This document shows, piece after piece, positions 18,694 to 27,826 of a DNA stretch of 64,000 bases (position 1 is the stretch's first letter; every line of letters begins with the position of its first letter). The stretch comes from Alphaproteobacteria bacterium (GTDB lineage Bacteria > Pseudomonadota > Alphaproteobacteria > MPNO01 > UBA2964): positions 33,350 through 97,349 of the forward strand of contig WHUE01000002.1 of NCBI GenBank assembly GCA_009377375.1, read 5' to 3'. A program made the translations under genes and the position numbers. The notes under the pieces are model-generated. The model ran no database searches and was not told where the DNA came from. It saw only the letters and a list, made by a program, of their open reading frames with translations.

Positions 18694-19095
18694 TCAGTGC
18701 ACCTCGGCCATGGCGTCGCGGCACGCGTCGGCGCAGCGGATGCAGGCATCGGCGCAGATGCGGCAGTGCTCATGCTGCTCCGCGTGCTTCCGGCACTCCT
18801 CGCCGCAGGTCCGGCAGGCGGTCTCGCAGGCCTGGATCGCGGCGCGCAGCACCTCGATGTTCGAGCCCGTGCGGCGCGAGGCCATCGCGCCGGCGGCGAT
18901 GCAGATGTCGGCGCAGTCGAGGTCGAGCCGGATGCACTGCTTCAGCTGCTCGACCTTCTGCTCGGCGAGGCAGGCATCGGCGCAGGCCGTGCAGGTCTGC
19001 GCGCAGCCGTAGCATTCCTCGATGCAGCGCAGCAGCCGGTCGGCGGTGCTGCCCTGGACATCGGGATGGGTGCTGATCATTTCCTGGACTTGCAT
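18694..19095 (-). CDS. Cys-rich four-helix-bundle copper-binding protein (DUF326 family)
   Basis: 133 aa with repeated CxxxC/CxxC spacing (CYGCAQTCTACADAC, CADICIAAG, CETACRTCGEEC, CRICADACIRCADAC). ATG at 19095 with a GGAGAACATC RBS. Confidence 0.75.
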   Translation of the reverse strand: MQVQEMISTHPDVQGSTADRLLRCIEECYGCAQTCTACADACLAEQKVEQLKQCIRLDLDCADICIAAGAMASRRTGSNIEVLRAAIQACETACRTCGEECRKHAEQHEHCRICADACIRCADACRDAMAEVH

Positions 19096-19208
19096 GATGT
19101 TCTCCGCTGTTGAGATCGTGGTTGCTCCCTCCCTGACTCCAACAGCGCCCCCCCGCCGGAAGGTTCCGCCTCCGGTCGCGGCCGGTCTCGAATTCGGCGC
19201 AAAGCCCG

Positions 19209-19670
19209 TTACGCCGGGCCCATGCCCTTGTTCGCCAGCTCCTTCCTGGCGCTGTCGGTCTTGGCGAGGTGCGCTAGCCCCATACCGCGCAGCACGTCCG
19301 GGGCCTTGGTGAACTGGATGTCGTCGTAGCCGACGATCTCGATCCGGTTGCCCCACGGGTCCATGAAATCGAGGAAGCGGCCGGGCAGCGGCTCGACCCC
19401 GGCCTCGATCAGTGCCCGGCGGACGGCTTCCCTGTCGTCGACGACGAGGCCGAAATGGCGGCCGTCGTCGGCCGGCTGGAGGCGGCCCTTCTCCAGCGCG
19501 AGAAACTGGTCGCCGAGGTCGATGAAGGCCGCGGTCACGCTCCTGCCGCGCAGCTCGAAGGCGAACAGCCCGCCGTAGAACGCCAGCGCCTCCTCGATAT
19601 CGCCGACTTCCAGCGCGACGTGGTTCAGTCCCACGGCGCGGGCCTTCCTCCCTTGGGTCGTATCGGTCAT
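19209..19670 (-). CDS. VOC-family (glyoxalase/bleomycin-resistance/dioxygenase fold) protein
   Basis: LNHVALEVGDIEEALAFY.. at the N-terminus and ..DPWGNRIEIV at the C-terminus fit the VOC fold. Confidence 0.7.
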   Translation of the reverse strand: MTDTTQGRKARAVGLNHVALEVGDIEEALAFYGGLFAFELRGRSVTAAFIDLGDQFLALEKGRLQPADDGRHFGLVVDDREAVRRALIEAGVEPLPGRFLDFMDPWGNRIEIVGYDDIQFTKAPDVLRGMGLAHLAKTDSARKELANKGMGPA

Positions 19671-19760
19671 GCGGTTTCTCCCTATCTTCACCGAGTTCTG
19701 CGATGATACGACTATGATGGGACCGCCCGGCGGGTTTTCCAGCCCTCCCGCTCCTGCGTC

Positions 19761-20963
19761 CTACCTTATTTCCATGCAGTTGGCGTAGAAGGTGGTCGTC
19801 GCGGGCCAGTCGGAGAACAGGCCCGCGATGCCGACCTCGCGGGCCAGCACGTCGATCACGGTCAGGATGTCGCCGTCGTTGCGCAGCGCGGCGCGAATCG
19901 ACCGGTAGTAGTAGCCGCCGTCGCCCCGCAGCACCTCCGCGCCGATGCGGCCCGACCGCTCGACGGTCCAGGAGAGGATCTCGAGCCCGGCCCGCTTCGC
20001 CGCCTCGGCGTAGCGCGAGGGTACGATCCTGCCGTTCCGGGTCGTCAGCAGGATCCAGATCGGCGGGGCGACGGCGCGCACGCCCAAGGCGCGGAGCTGC
20101 CGCATGTTCGGGTCGAGCCGGTCGTCGGAGGGATCGGCGGGGTCGATCTCCCGGTCGCGCCCCTCCAGGAACACGGCCCGGCGGCCGAACACGGGCTCCG
20201 TCCGCAACCAGAAGAGGATGTCGTCCAGGCTGAAGGACTGGGGGCGCACCCGCTCCGGCGCGATTCCGGCCTCCTTGTACTCGGCGATCATCCTGCGGGC
20301 GAAGTCCTCCCGGGTGAGGCCGTCGAACGGCATCGTCACCGCGGGCGCCTTGAGCTCGGGCGTGAAGCCGACGCCGAGCCGGTCGAGCAGCGCGATACTT
20401 TCGGCATGCGTCATCGGCCTGCCGCCGGTGGCGTAGAGATCGGTGCGCCAGCGCGGCGTCGGGCCCTTCGCGTCCATCCGGCCTTCGAGCGTGCGGAACT
20501 CGGCCAGGGTGATGTCGCTGGCGCAGCACACATCCTGCCGGCCGGTCGACCGGCCGCATCTGGCGGCGAGCGGCGTCTCCAGGATGTTCGTCGTGCGGTG
20601 CAGGTCGCACTGCGCATGGCGGCAGACCAGCGCCTTGTCGGCGGTGAAGGTCACGTCGCATTCAATGACGCCGGCGCCCATCCGCGCGGCCGCCTCGTAA
20701 GAGTCCTTCGTGTGTTCCGGGAACTGGAGCGGCGCGCCGCGATGGCCGATGGAGAACGCCGCCGGCGCGAAGGCCGTCCGCTCCGCCGCGCATTGCGCGA
20801 GCCTGTCCTTGAGCGCCCCCTCCGCCATCCGCTCGACCAGGTAGTAGGGGCGGGGGCCGAGCTGGACCGCCGGCCCGTCCTGCGCCGCGGCCGGCGTGAC
20901 GGCGAGGAGGAGCAGAAGCAGCGCCGCGCAGCGGCGCAGGGCGTGGAACGGATCTAACCGCAT
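19761..20963 (-). CDS. secreted glycerophosphodiester phosphodiesterase-family protein
   Basis: Signal peptide ([16 protein letters not shown]) and GDPD catalytic motifs (IGHRGAP..PEHT, IECDV). Confidence 0.8.
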   Translation of the reverse strand: MRLDPFHALRRCAALLLLLLAVTPAAAQDGPAVQLGPRPYYLVERMAEGALKDRLAQCAAERTAFAPAAFSIGHRGAPLQFPEHTKDSYEAAARMGAGVIECDVTFTADKALVCRHAQCDLHRTTNILETPLAARCGRSTGRQDVCCASDITLAEFRTLEGRMDAKGPTPRWRTDLYATGGRPMTHAESIALLDRLGVGFTPELKAPAVTMPFDGLTREDFARRMIAEYKEAGIAPERVRPQSFSLDDILFWLRTEPVFGRRAVFLEGRDREIDPADPSDDRLDPNMRQLRALGVRAVAPPIWILLTTRNGRIVPSRYAEAAKRAGLEILSWTVERSGRIGAEVLRGDGGYYYRSIRAALRNDGDILTVIDVLAREVGIAGLFSDWPATTTFYANCMEIR

Positions 20964-21029
20964 CGCGTCGACTCGTTGCCTTTTCCGCACATAGTCTGGC
21001 GCGGAAACGTTACGGAACGACAGGCCGCG

Positions 21030-21656
21030 TCAGCCCTTCGGCCCGGCGATGGCCGGGTCGGGCACGACGACGACAATCACGTTCAGGTCGCCCGGCGGGC
21101 CGCCGCCGAAGCCCTCGATGCCGAAGCCGGGGACGGTGACGACGGCGCGGGGCCGGACCCCGGCGGGGATGTCCACGGCCACGGTCAGTCCGGTCATGGT
21201 GGTGACCAGCTTGCATGCGCCCTCGCGCGCCTCGGTCTCGGTGACGGTCGCGTCGGCGGCGACGTCCTGGCCCTTCATCCACAGCGAGGTCGCGGCGGCG
21301 CCCTTCACCCGCCCCATCCGCGTGCCGGCGACGTCGCCGTAGAGGTCGGCGATGCGCTCGCCGGTGGCCTCGTCCAGCTCGAAATCGTACCACGCGCCGC
21401 CTTTCTCCCATGGCTGCGGCGCCGCGCCCGGCGGCGCGTCGAAGGCGTTGGACGCGCGGTCGTACTCCGCCCGCTTTCGCCGGTCCGCGAGGATGTTGTA
21501 GGCCGCGGTGACGTCCTTGAACCGCTCGGCGGCGCGCGTGTCGCCGGCGTTGACGTCGGGATGCAGCTTCTTCGCCAGCCGGCGGTAGGCGCTCTTGATC
21601 GTCTCGATTCCGGCGTCGCGGGGCACGCCGAGCAGGTCGTAGAGATTCATCGCCAT
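21030..21656 (-). CDS. J-domain (DnaJ-like) protein
   Basis: N-terminal J-domain (NLYDLLGVPRDAGIETIKSAYRRLAKKLHPDVN) with a DnaJ C-terminal-like beta region and no zinc finger. Confidence 0.7.
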   Translation of the reverse strand: MAMNLYDLLGVPRDAGIETIKSAYRRLAKKLHPDVNAGDTRAAERFKDVTAAYNILADRRKRAEYDRASNAFDAPPGAAPQPWEKGGAWYDFELDEATGERIADLYGDVAGTRMGRVKGAAATSLWMKGQDVAADATVTETEAREGACKLVTTMTGLTVAVDIPAGVRPRAVVTVPGFGIEGFGGGPPGDLNVIVVVVPDPAIAGPKG

Positions 21657-21816
21657 CGCCGTTGCCGTTCCATCGGATTGCGTTCCGCGCGCCGGCCGGC
21701 ATTATCCCCGCAATGCCCCGCCGGCCGCAAGTTGCCGCCGCCCCCGCCTCCGCCTATCGTGCGCGGGCGCGGCATCGGCGGGGCCGGTGCACCCCATGAG
21801 CGAAAGGACTCCCTGC

Positions 21817-22284
21817 ATGACACTGGAAATCCGCCGGGTCGTCACCGGCCATGACGAGAACGGCAAGGCCGTCGTCAGCATCGACGAGATCTCGAAAAAC
21901 GTCGTCACGCGGCGGGCCAACCAGTGGTCCACCGTGATCTGGGCGACCGAAGGCATGCCGCCCAGCCTCGACGGCGACAGGGACATCTCCGCCGGTATCG
22001 AAAAGACGATCTTCCCCGGCGGCACGGTCTTCCGCATCGGCAAGCTGGAGCCCGGCGTCGCGCCACGCGTCCACCGCACGGCGTCGATCGACTACGCCAT
22101 CGTCATCTCGGGCGAGCTCGACATGGAGCTGGACGAGGGGGTGATCGTGCATCTGAAGCCCGGCGACACCGTGGTGCAGCGCGGCACGGTGCATAACTGG
22201 ATCAATAACGGGACCGAACCGGTGGTCATCGCCTTCATCCTGATCGGCGCGGACATGCCGGAGGGCTGGGAGGCGTTCGGCTGA
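21817..22284 (+). CDS. cupin-domain protein
   Basis: Cupin beta-barrel motifs (PGGTVFRIGKLEPG.., GTVHNWINNG). ATG at 21817 (AAGGAC 9 nt upstream) is preferred over 21787. Confidence 0.6.
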   Translation: MTLEIRRVVTGHDENGKAVVSIDEISKNVVTRRANQWSTVIWATEGMPPSLDGDRDISAGIEKTIFPGGTVFRIGKLEPGVAPRVHRTASIDYAIVISGELDMELDEGVIVHLKPGDTVVQRGTVHNWINNGTEPVVIAFILIGADMPEGWEAFG

Positions 22285-22389
22285 GCGGCCGCCGCCGCGC
22301 CCCGGCCCATTGAAGGGCAGGCGGGCGGGGGCTATCTATTGGCGCGACATGCGTGACCCCCACCCGCTCCACAGAGACTGCGCCCGCCC

Positions 22390-23484
22390 ATGGATTCGGT
22401 AACCCAGGCCGTTCTGGGCGCGGGCGTCGGCGTGGCGGTGATGGGCCGCCGCCTCGGGCCGCGCCGTGCCGCCGTCGCGGGCGCGGTGCTGGGGACCCTG
22501 CCCGATCTCGATGTCTTCATCCCGTCGCCGGGCCCGGTCGAATCCTTCGTCGGCCACCGCGGGCCCAGCCATTCGATCGTCGTGCAGGCCCTTGCCACGC
22601 CGCTGATCGGCGAGGCGTTGATTCGGATCTTCCGGGAGCTGCGCGACGCGCGGCTGCTCGCCTATCTCGCCGTCTATCTCTGCCTTGCCACCCATGCGCT
22701 GCTGGATGCCATGACGGTGTACGGCACACGGCTGTTCTGGCCGATCCTCGAGGGCCCGGTCGCGATGGGCTCGGTCTTCATCATCGACCCGCTCTATACG
22801 CTGCCGCTGCTGGCCGTCTTCATATGGGCGCTGTTCCAGGGGCGCTGGACGCGGCGGTTTCGGACAGCGCTGACCGTCTGCCTCGGTCTCTCCACGGCCT
22901 ATCTGGGCTGGAGCGTCGTCGCACAGGCGCTGGTGGCGCAGCGGGCGGAGGCGATGCTGGCCGACGCCGGGGTGCGCCATGTCCGGATGCTGGTCACGCC
23001 GACGCCGTTCAACACGCTGTTCTGGAAGGTCGTGGCGCTGGACGGGGACCGCTACCTGAACCTCTATCTGCCGGTTTTCGGCGGTGGACAGCCCTCGGCC
23101 TACGCCTATCCCTCGGGCGTGCGGCTCGCCGCCTGCCTGTCCGGCGTGCCGGCCTTCGAACGCCTGGCCGCGTTCGGCCGCGGCTTCTACCGGCTGGAGC
23201 GGATGCCGGACGGGCGGATCGTCTACGCGGATCTGCGGATGGGGCTGACGCCGAACTATTCCTTCCGCTTCGCCATCGCGCGGCAGGCGGAGGGCGGCGC
23301 CATCCGGCCGGTGCCGCCGCAACGCCTCGCGCGCGCCCGCCGCGCGCCGGGCGATCTGGACTGGCTGCTCGCCGCGCTGCAGGGCGATGTCCGGCCACGC
23401 CCGGCGGAGGCGGAGGCCGCGATCGCGCTGGCGGGCCCCCGCGCGGCGGCGGTCGCGCCGCCGCCGGGCAGCGCATGCGGATGA
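22390..23484 (+). CDS. membrane-bound metal-dependent hydrolase, YdjM/DUF457-like
   Basis: Polytopic N-terminal domain with conserved H/D residues (GHRGPSHS, HALLD) typical of DUF457, plus a ~150-aa soluble extension. Confidence 0.6.
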   Translation: MDSVTQAVLGAGVGVAVMGRRLGPRRAAVAGAVLGTLPDLDVFIPSPGPVESFVGHRGPSHSIVVQALATPLIGEALIRIFRELRDARLLAYLAVYLCLATHALLDAMTVYGTRLFWPILEGPVAMGSVFIIDPLYTLPLLAVFIWALFQGRWTRRFRTALTVCLGLSTAYLGWSVVAQALVAQRAEAMLADAGVRHVRMLVTPTPFNTLFWKVVALDGDRYLNLYLPVFGGGQPSAYAYPSGVRLAACLSGVPAFERLAAFGRGFYRLERMPDGRIVYADLRMGLTPNYSFRFAIARQAEGGAIRPVPPQRLARARRAPGDLDWLLAALQGDVRPRPAEAEAAIALAGPRAAAVAPPPGSACG

Positions 23485-23727
23485 CCGCCGGCAGGTCGGC
23501 GGGTTCCGCCCGGCCGGCCGCCTACGTGTAACGCGATGAAAAATAATCGAAAAAATGTGTCGGGATATTTTACAGTCGCGCCGGCCGTTAACCAGCGGCG
23601 ACTCGACAAGTCTTTGAAAAACAATGAATTAACCTGTTTGGCACGGTTCTTGCTTTAAAACCTGGTGCGACCTCAAGGACTGGAGTCTTCGGGGATTTTG
23701 GGCTATGTTGATGTGGGGACTGGGACG

Positions 23728-24606
23728 ATGCATGGAAAGCTGATTTCGGCGGTTGCCGGGCTTGCGCTCAGCATCGCGGCGGGGACGACGGCGGCCAAGG
23801 CCACCGAGATCACCTGGAATCTGGGCGGGAGCTGCGCCAGCGGCTATGCCTGCAATTCCACTGCGCGCACGTTCCTGGGCAGCGACGGCAGCACGACCGT
23901 CACCGCGAAGGCCTGGGGCCGCACCCAGAGTTACAACAATACCGAGTTCGAAAGCGCCTATCTCGGGCATTATTCCGGCAACGGCCTCGGCGTCACCAAC
24001 GACGAGGAGCCGAGCTACAGCCCGCATCACGCGGTCGACAATAACGATCGCTACGACATCGTCAGCTTCTTCTTCAGCGAGACGGTGGATATGCTGAGCG
24101 CATTCCTGGTGGCCTATGGCGACACCGACATCTCGGTGTGGATCAGCAATGTCGAGGTCATGCCGGATCTGACGGGCGAGACGATCACCGATCTCGACAA
24201 CATGTTCGGCGACCATTTCGACAACTACGGCGACTACAGCAACCGGACCGCCTATTTCGGCGCCGGCGGCGAGAGCGGGACCGAGGGCAACTTCCTGATC
24301 ATCGGGGCCAAGATCGGCAACAGCAACGACGACTTCAAGCTCAAGGCGCTGGCCGCCTCCTACACGGTCGAGGAACCGCCGGTTCCGGACACCGACGTTC
24401 CGGCCCCGGGCACGCTCTCCGTCTTCGGCCTCGGCGTGCTGGGCTTCATCGGGCTGCGCCGCCGCAACGCCCGTCGCGCGGACGGCCGCGCCGTCTCCAC
24501 CCGGACCCTGTTCGCCGGCCTGAAGGCCCTCGTCGCCCGCGCCAACAACGCCTTCGCGCTGGCCAGCGTCTCGAATGAGGGCTTCTTTCCGGTTCGCGCG
24601 CGCTGA
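23728..24606 (+). CDS. secreted protein with PEP-CTERM-like sorting signal (VPAP-TM-RRRNARR) near the C-terminus
   Basis: Signal peptide (MHGKLISAVAGLALSIAAGTTAA) and an Asp/Gly/Asn-rich body. VPAPGTLSVFGLGVLGFIGLRRRNARR matches the PEP-CTERM architecture (motif, TM, basic cluster) but is followed by about 40 more residues. AT-rich promoter region upstream. Confidence 0.6.
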   Translation: MHGKLISAVAGLALSIAAGTTAAKATEITWNLGGSCASGYACNSTARTFLGSDGSTTVTAKAWGRTQSYNNTEFESAYLGHYSGNGLGVTNDEEPSYSPHHAVDNNDRYDIVSFFFSETVDMLSAFLVAYGDTDISVWISNVEVMPDLTGETITDLDNMFGDHFDNYGDYSNRTAYFGAGGESGTEGNFLIIGAKIGNSNDDFKLKALAASYTVEEPPVPDTDVPAPGTLSVFGLGVLGFIGLRRRNARRADGRAVSTRTLFAGLKALVARANNAFALASVSNEGFFPVRAR

Positions 24607-24698
24607 GAGATACAACCTGAGATAGTCGTTCTACGGCGGTCCTGCACGGGTCGCTTTTATTTTGCCCGCCCGCCGGCCGGTTTCCCCAAGGTCCTTCC

Positions 24699-25466
24699 TC
24701 AGAACAGCCCGCTGTCCCGCGCCGCGCGCCACAGCAGCCGGAGCGCCAGCGCCGTCACCACCACCTGGAAGACGACCCGGAAGCCCTTCTCCGGCATGCG
24801 CGACAGCAGCCGGCTGCCGATCCAGTTGCCGAGCGTGGCCGAGGCGATCATCGCCAGCATCAGCGGCAGGTACGCGTGCAGCGCCACTCCCAGCAGTCCG
24901 AACGCCGCCAGCTTGGCGGTATGGACGATGGTCATCAGCGCGGCGAAGGTGGCGGCGTGGTTGCGCCTGTCCGGGCTGGACCCGGCGACGAAGGGCGCGA
25001 TCAGCGTGCCGGTGGCGCTGACGAACATGCCGAGAAAGGTGGCGCCGAACCCGATCGCGGCGAAACGGTTGCGGTCGCCGCCCATCCGCGTCAGTCCCGG
25101 CATCCAGGTCATCACGATGATGAAGCCGCCCAGGATGGCCTGCAGCGTCGCGGTGGACAGGCTGACGAACACCTGCGCCCCCAGCGCGGCGCCCAGCACC
25201 GATCCGACGAGGAAGGGCAGCACCGTCCAGCGCATCACCCAGGACCACATGATCGCCACCCGGGTCGCCCCGGCGCCCATCTGCACCACCGTATGCACGG
25301 GGATCAGCACCGCCGGGGGAAACACCAGGCTGAGCAGCGACAGCAGCAGCAGCCCGCCGGCGGAGCCCGTCACGATCCCCAGCGCCGCCGTGCCCACCGG
25401 CGCCAGCGTCAGCGCGGCGAAGGTCAGCATCGAGACGTCGGGGACGCCGAGAAACGAGGTTTCCAT
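24699..25466 (-). CDS. TauE/SafE-family sulfite/anion exporter (DUF81)
   Basis: About 8 TM helices and the internal repeat typical of the TauE/SafE family. ATG at 25466; the ORF track starts at an upstream TTG. Confidence 0.75.
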   Translation of the reverse strand: METSFLGVPDVSMLTFAALTLAPVGTAALGIVTGSAGGLLLLSLLSLVFPPAVLIPVHTVVQMGAGATRVAIMWSWVMRWTVLPFLVGSVLGAALGAQVFVSLSTATLQAILGGFIIVMTWMPGLTRMGGDRNRFAAIGFGATFLGMFVSATGTLIAPFVAGSSPDRRNHAATFAALMTIVHTAKLAAFGLLGVALHAYLPLMLAMIASATLGNWIGSRLLSRMPEKGFRVVFQVVVTALALRLLWRAARDSGLF

Positions 25467-25650
25467 CAGCTCTGACCGGGTTGGGGGCAAATGGCGCGCA
25501 CCGCGCGGCTGCGGCGGGCCGTATAAGGTTTCTACCCCGCCCGCCGCGCCGCCGCCACCCGCCGACGCGCATTATCGAAAAACGGGACGTTTGAGCCCGA
25601 TTTTCGGCTTTGTGCGCCCCGAGGCGGCGGATAGACTGCGACAGACCGCC

Positions 25651-25675
25651 GGGCATAACCGGGCATAACCGGAAC
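25651..25675 (+). repeat. tandem 10-bp repeat (GGGCATAACC x2 plus a partial copy) upstream of tctC
   Basis: gggcataacc gggcataacc ggaaccgg sits about 30 bp upstream of the tctC ATG at 25706 and its AGGGAGG RBS. Confidence 0.4.
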
Positions 25676-25705
25676 CGGCTTCGCACTGTCTTCAGGGAGG
25701 AACCC

Positions 25706-26743
25706 ATGACCGTCACTACATTCCGCCGCGGCGCGGCGGCAGCCGTGCTTGCCGCCGCCATGCTGACCGCGGCCCCGGCCGGGGCCGACGCCGTCTCCGA
25801 TTTCTATACCGGCAAGCAGGTCACCTGGATCGTGTCCTACGGCGCGGGCGGCAGCTACGGCCGCTACACCCAGATCGGCGCACGCCATCTCGGCAGGTTC
25901 CTGCCGGGGAATCCGGCGGTCACGGTCCAGTACATGCCCGGCGCCGGCGGCATCAAGGCGACCAACTACCTCTACAACGCCGCCCCGAAGGACGGCGGCA
26001 TGCTTGGCACCGTGACCAAGGATCTCGCCCTCGAACAGGCGCTGCGTCCGGAAAAGGCCAAGTACGACGCCCGCAAGTTCAGTTGGGTCGGCAGCTTCGC
26101 CGAGTACATCGCGGTCATCGCGGTGTGGTCGGCTTCCGGCGTCAAGACCATTGAGGACGCGAAGACGCGCAGCGTCATCATGGCGACCAGCGGCCGCGGC
26201 CATCAGGGCTCGCAGCTCGCCGTGCTGCTGAACGAATACGCCGGCACCAGGTTCAGGCTGGTGACCGGCTACCGCGGCGCGAAGGACATGAACCTGGCGA
26301 TGGAGCAGGGTGAGGCGCAGATGCGCATCAGCTCGTGGAGCGGTTTCAAGAGCCAGCAGGGCGACTGGCTGCGCGACGGCAAGGCCGCGGTGCTGGCCCA
26401 GGGCGGCAGCAAGCGCCAGCCCGACCTGCAGAACGCCTCCCTGTTCATCGACCTGGTGAAGGACCCGGAAGGCCGCAAGGTGCTCGCCATCGTGGAATCC
26501 GGCTCCAGCGTCGGCTGGCCCGCGCTGATGCCGCCCGACGTGCCCGCCGACCGGCTTGCGGCGATGCGCAAGGCGTTCGATGAGATGACGAAGGACAAGG
26601 CCTTCATCGCCGAGGTCGAGAAGAGCAAGCTGGAGGTCGCCCCGAAATCCGGCGCGGAACTCGCCAAGGTCATCGACGAGGTGCTGTCGGCTGACGAGAA
26701 GGTGCTGGCCCGCGCCCGCGCCATCGCCGGCATCAAGCCGTAG
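25706..26743 (+). CDS. tripartite tricarboxylate transporter substrate-binding protein (TctC/Bug family), orphan
   Basis: Signal peptide; conserved Bug-family signature (VSYGAGGSYGRY..PGAGGIKATNY). No adjacent tctAB genes. Confidence 0.8.
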   Translation: MTVTTFRRGAAAAVLAAAMLTAAPAGADAVSDFYTGKQVTWIVSYGAGGSYGRYTQIGARHLGRFLPGNPAVTVQYMPGAGGIKATNYLYNAAPKDGGMLGTVTKDLALEQALRPEKAKYDARKFSWVGSFAEYIAVIAVWSASGVKTIEDAKTRSVIMATSGRGHQGSQLAVLLNEYAGTRFRLVTGYRGAKDMNLAMEQGEAQMRISSWSGFKSQQGDWLRDGKAAVLAQGGSKRQPDLQNASLFIDLVKDPEGRKVLAIVESGSSVGWPALMPPDVPADRLAAMRKAFDEMTKDKAFIAEVEKSKLEVAPKSGAELAKVIDEVLSADEKVLARARAIAGIKP

Positions 26744-26827
26744 CCGATCGATCCGGGCTGGCGGGCGGGGCCGCGCGTCTCCCGCCCGCAGCCGCTTCCG
26801 GCCGCAACGATCCACGGAGCCGTCCCC

Positions 26828-27811
26828 ATGGCCACGTCCTATCGCACCCCGCCCGAAACCATGAAGGCGGAGCTCGATGCGCTCTACGCCCGGCTCGACC
26901 CGCTTTATCTCGACCCCGGCTTCCGGGTGATGGACGTCTCCATCTGGAAGGAGCCGAAGAAGGCGCTGGAGCCCGCCATCTGGAAATGGTCGGAGGGACG
27001 CGAGGCGCTGTCGGAGCTCGCCCGCGTCATCGGCACCGAGCACGCGGAGCGCCGCAACCTGATCATGCGCAACCCGGCCGAGGGCCATGTCTACGGCACG
27101 CTGCGCACCATGATCAGCGCCTACCAGCTCATGCTGCCGGGCGAATTCGCCCGCTCGCACTGGCATTCGCCGCACGCGCTGAGGGTGATCCTCGAGGGCG
27201 CGGGCAGCTATACCGTCGTCAACGGCGTGCGCATCGACATGCATCCGGGCGACGTGGTGCTGACCCCCGGCGGCGACTGGCACTGGCACGGAGTGGACGG
27301 CAGCGCGCCCTGCGCCTGGCTCGACATCCTCGACCGGCCGCTGACCATCATGCTGGAGCCGCTGTTCCAGGACTATCATCCGGACGGGCACGAGCCGATG
27401 CGCAACGCCGACCCTGACTCGCCGCTGCTGTTTTCCTGGGCCGATACCGTGGCGCGGCTGGACGGCGCCGCGCGCGATGCCGGCGGCTGCTTCGGCGCGC
27501 GGATCGAGTTGGGCGGGGCCGCGCCCGCCCTGCCGACGCTGGCGCTGCACATGCAGCGCCTGGCGGCGGGGGAGAGGACGACGCGGTTCCGGTCCTCGGC
27601 GAACTACCTGTACTTGCCGCTGGAAGGCGAGGGGCGGTCGGTCGTCGACGGCAAGGTGCTGGACTGGGCGCGGGGCGATGTGTTCGTGGTGCCCTGCTGG
27701 CGTCCGGTGGAGCACGAGGCGTCGTCCGACGCGATCCTGTTCTCCGCCACCGACGAGCCGTTGCAGCGCGCCTGCGGCTATCTGCGCGAGGAGCGCGGCC
27801 TGCCGGGCTGA
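26828..27811 (+). CDS. bicupin protein, gentisate 1,2-dioxygenase-like
   Basis: Two cupin modules with metal-ligand-like His clusters (HWHSPHALRV.., GDWHWHG). Convergent with senA. Confidence 0.6.
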   Translation: MATSYRTPPETMKAELDALYARLDPLYLDPGFRVMDVSIWKEPKKALEPAIWKWSEGREALSELARVIGTEHAERRNLIMRNPAEGHVYGTLRTMISAYQLMLPGEFARSHWHSPHALRVILEGAGSYTVVNGVRIDMHPGDVVLTPGGDWHWHGVDGSAPCAWLDILDRPLTIMLEPLFQDYHPDGHEPMRNADPDSPLLFSWADTVARLDGAARDAGGCFGARIELGGAAPALPTLALHMQRLAAGERTTRFRSSANYLYLPLEGEGRSVVDGKVLDWARGDVFVVPCWRPVEHEASSDAILFSATDEPLQRACGYLREERGLPG

Positions 27812-27826
27812 AGGCCCCGGCGGCTC

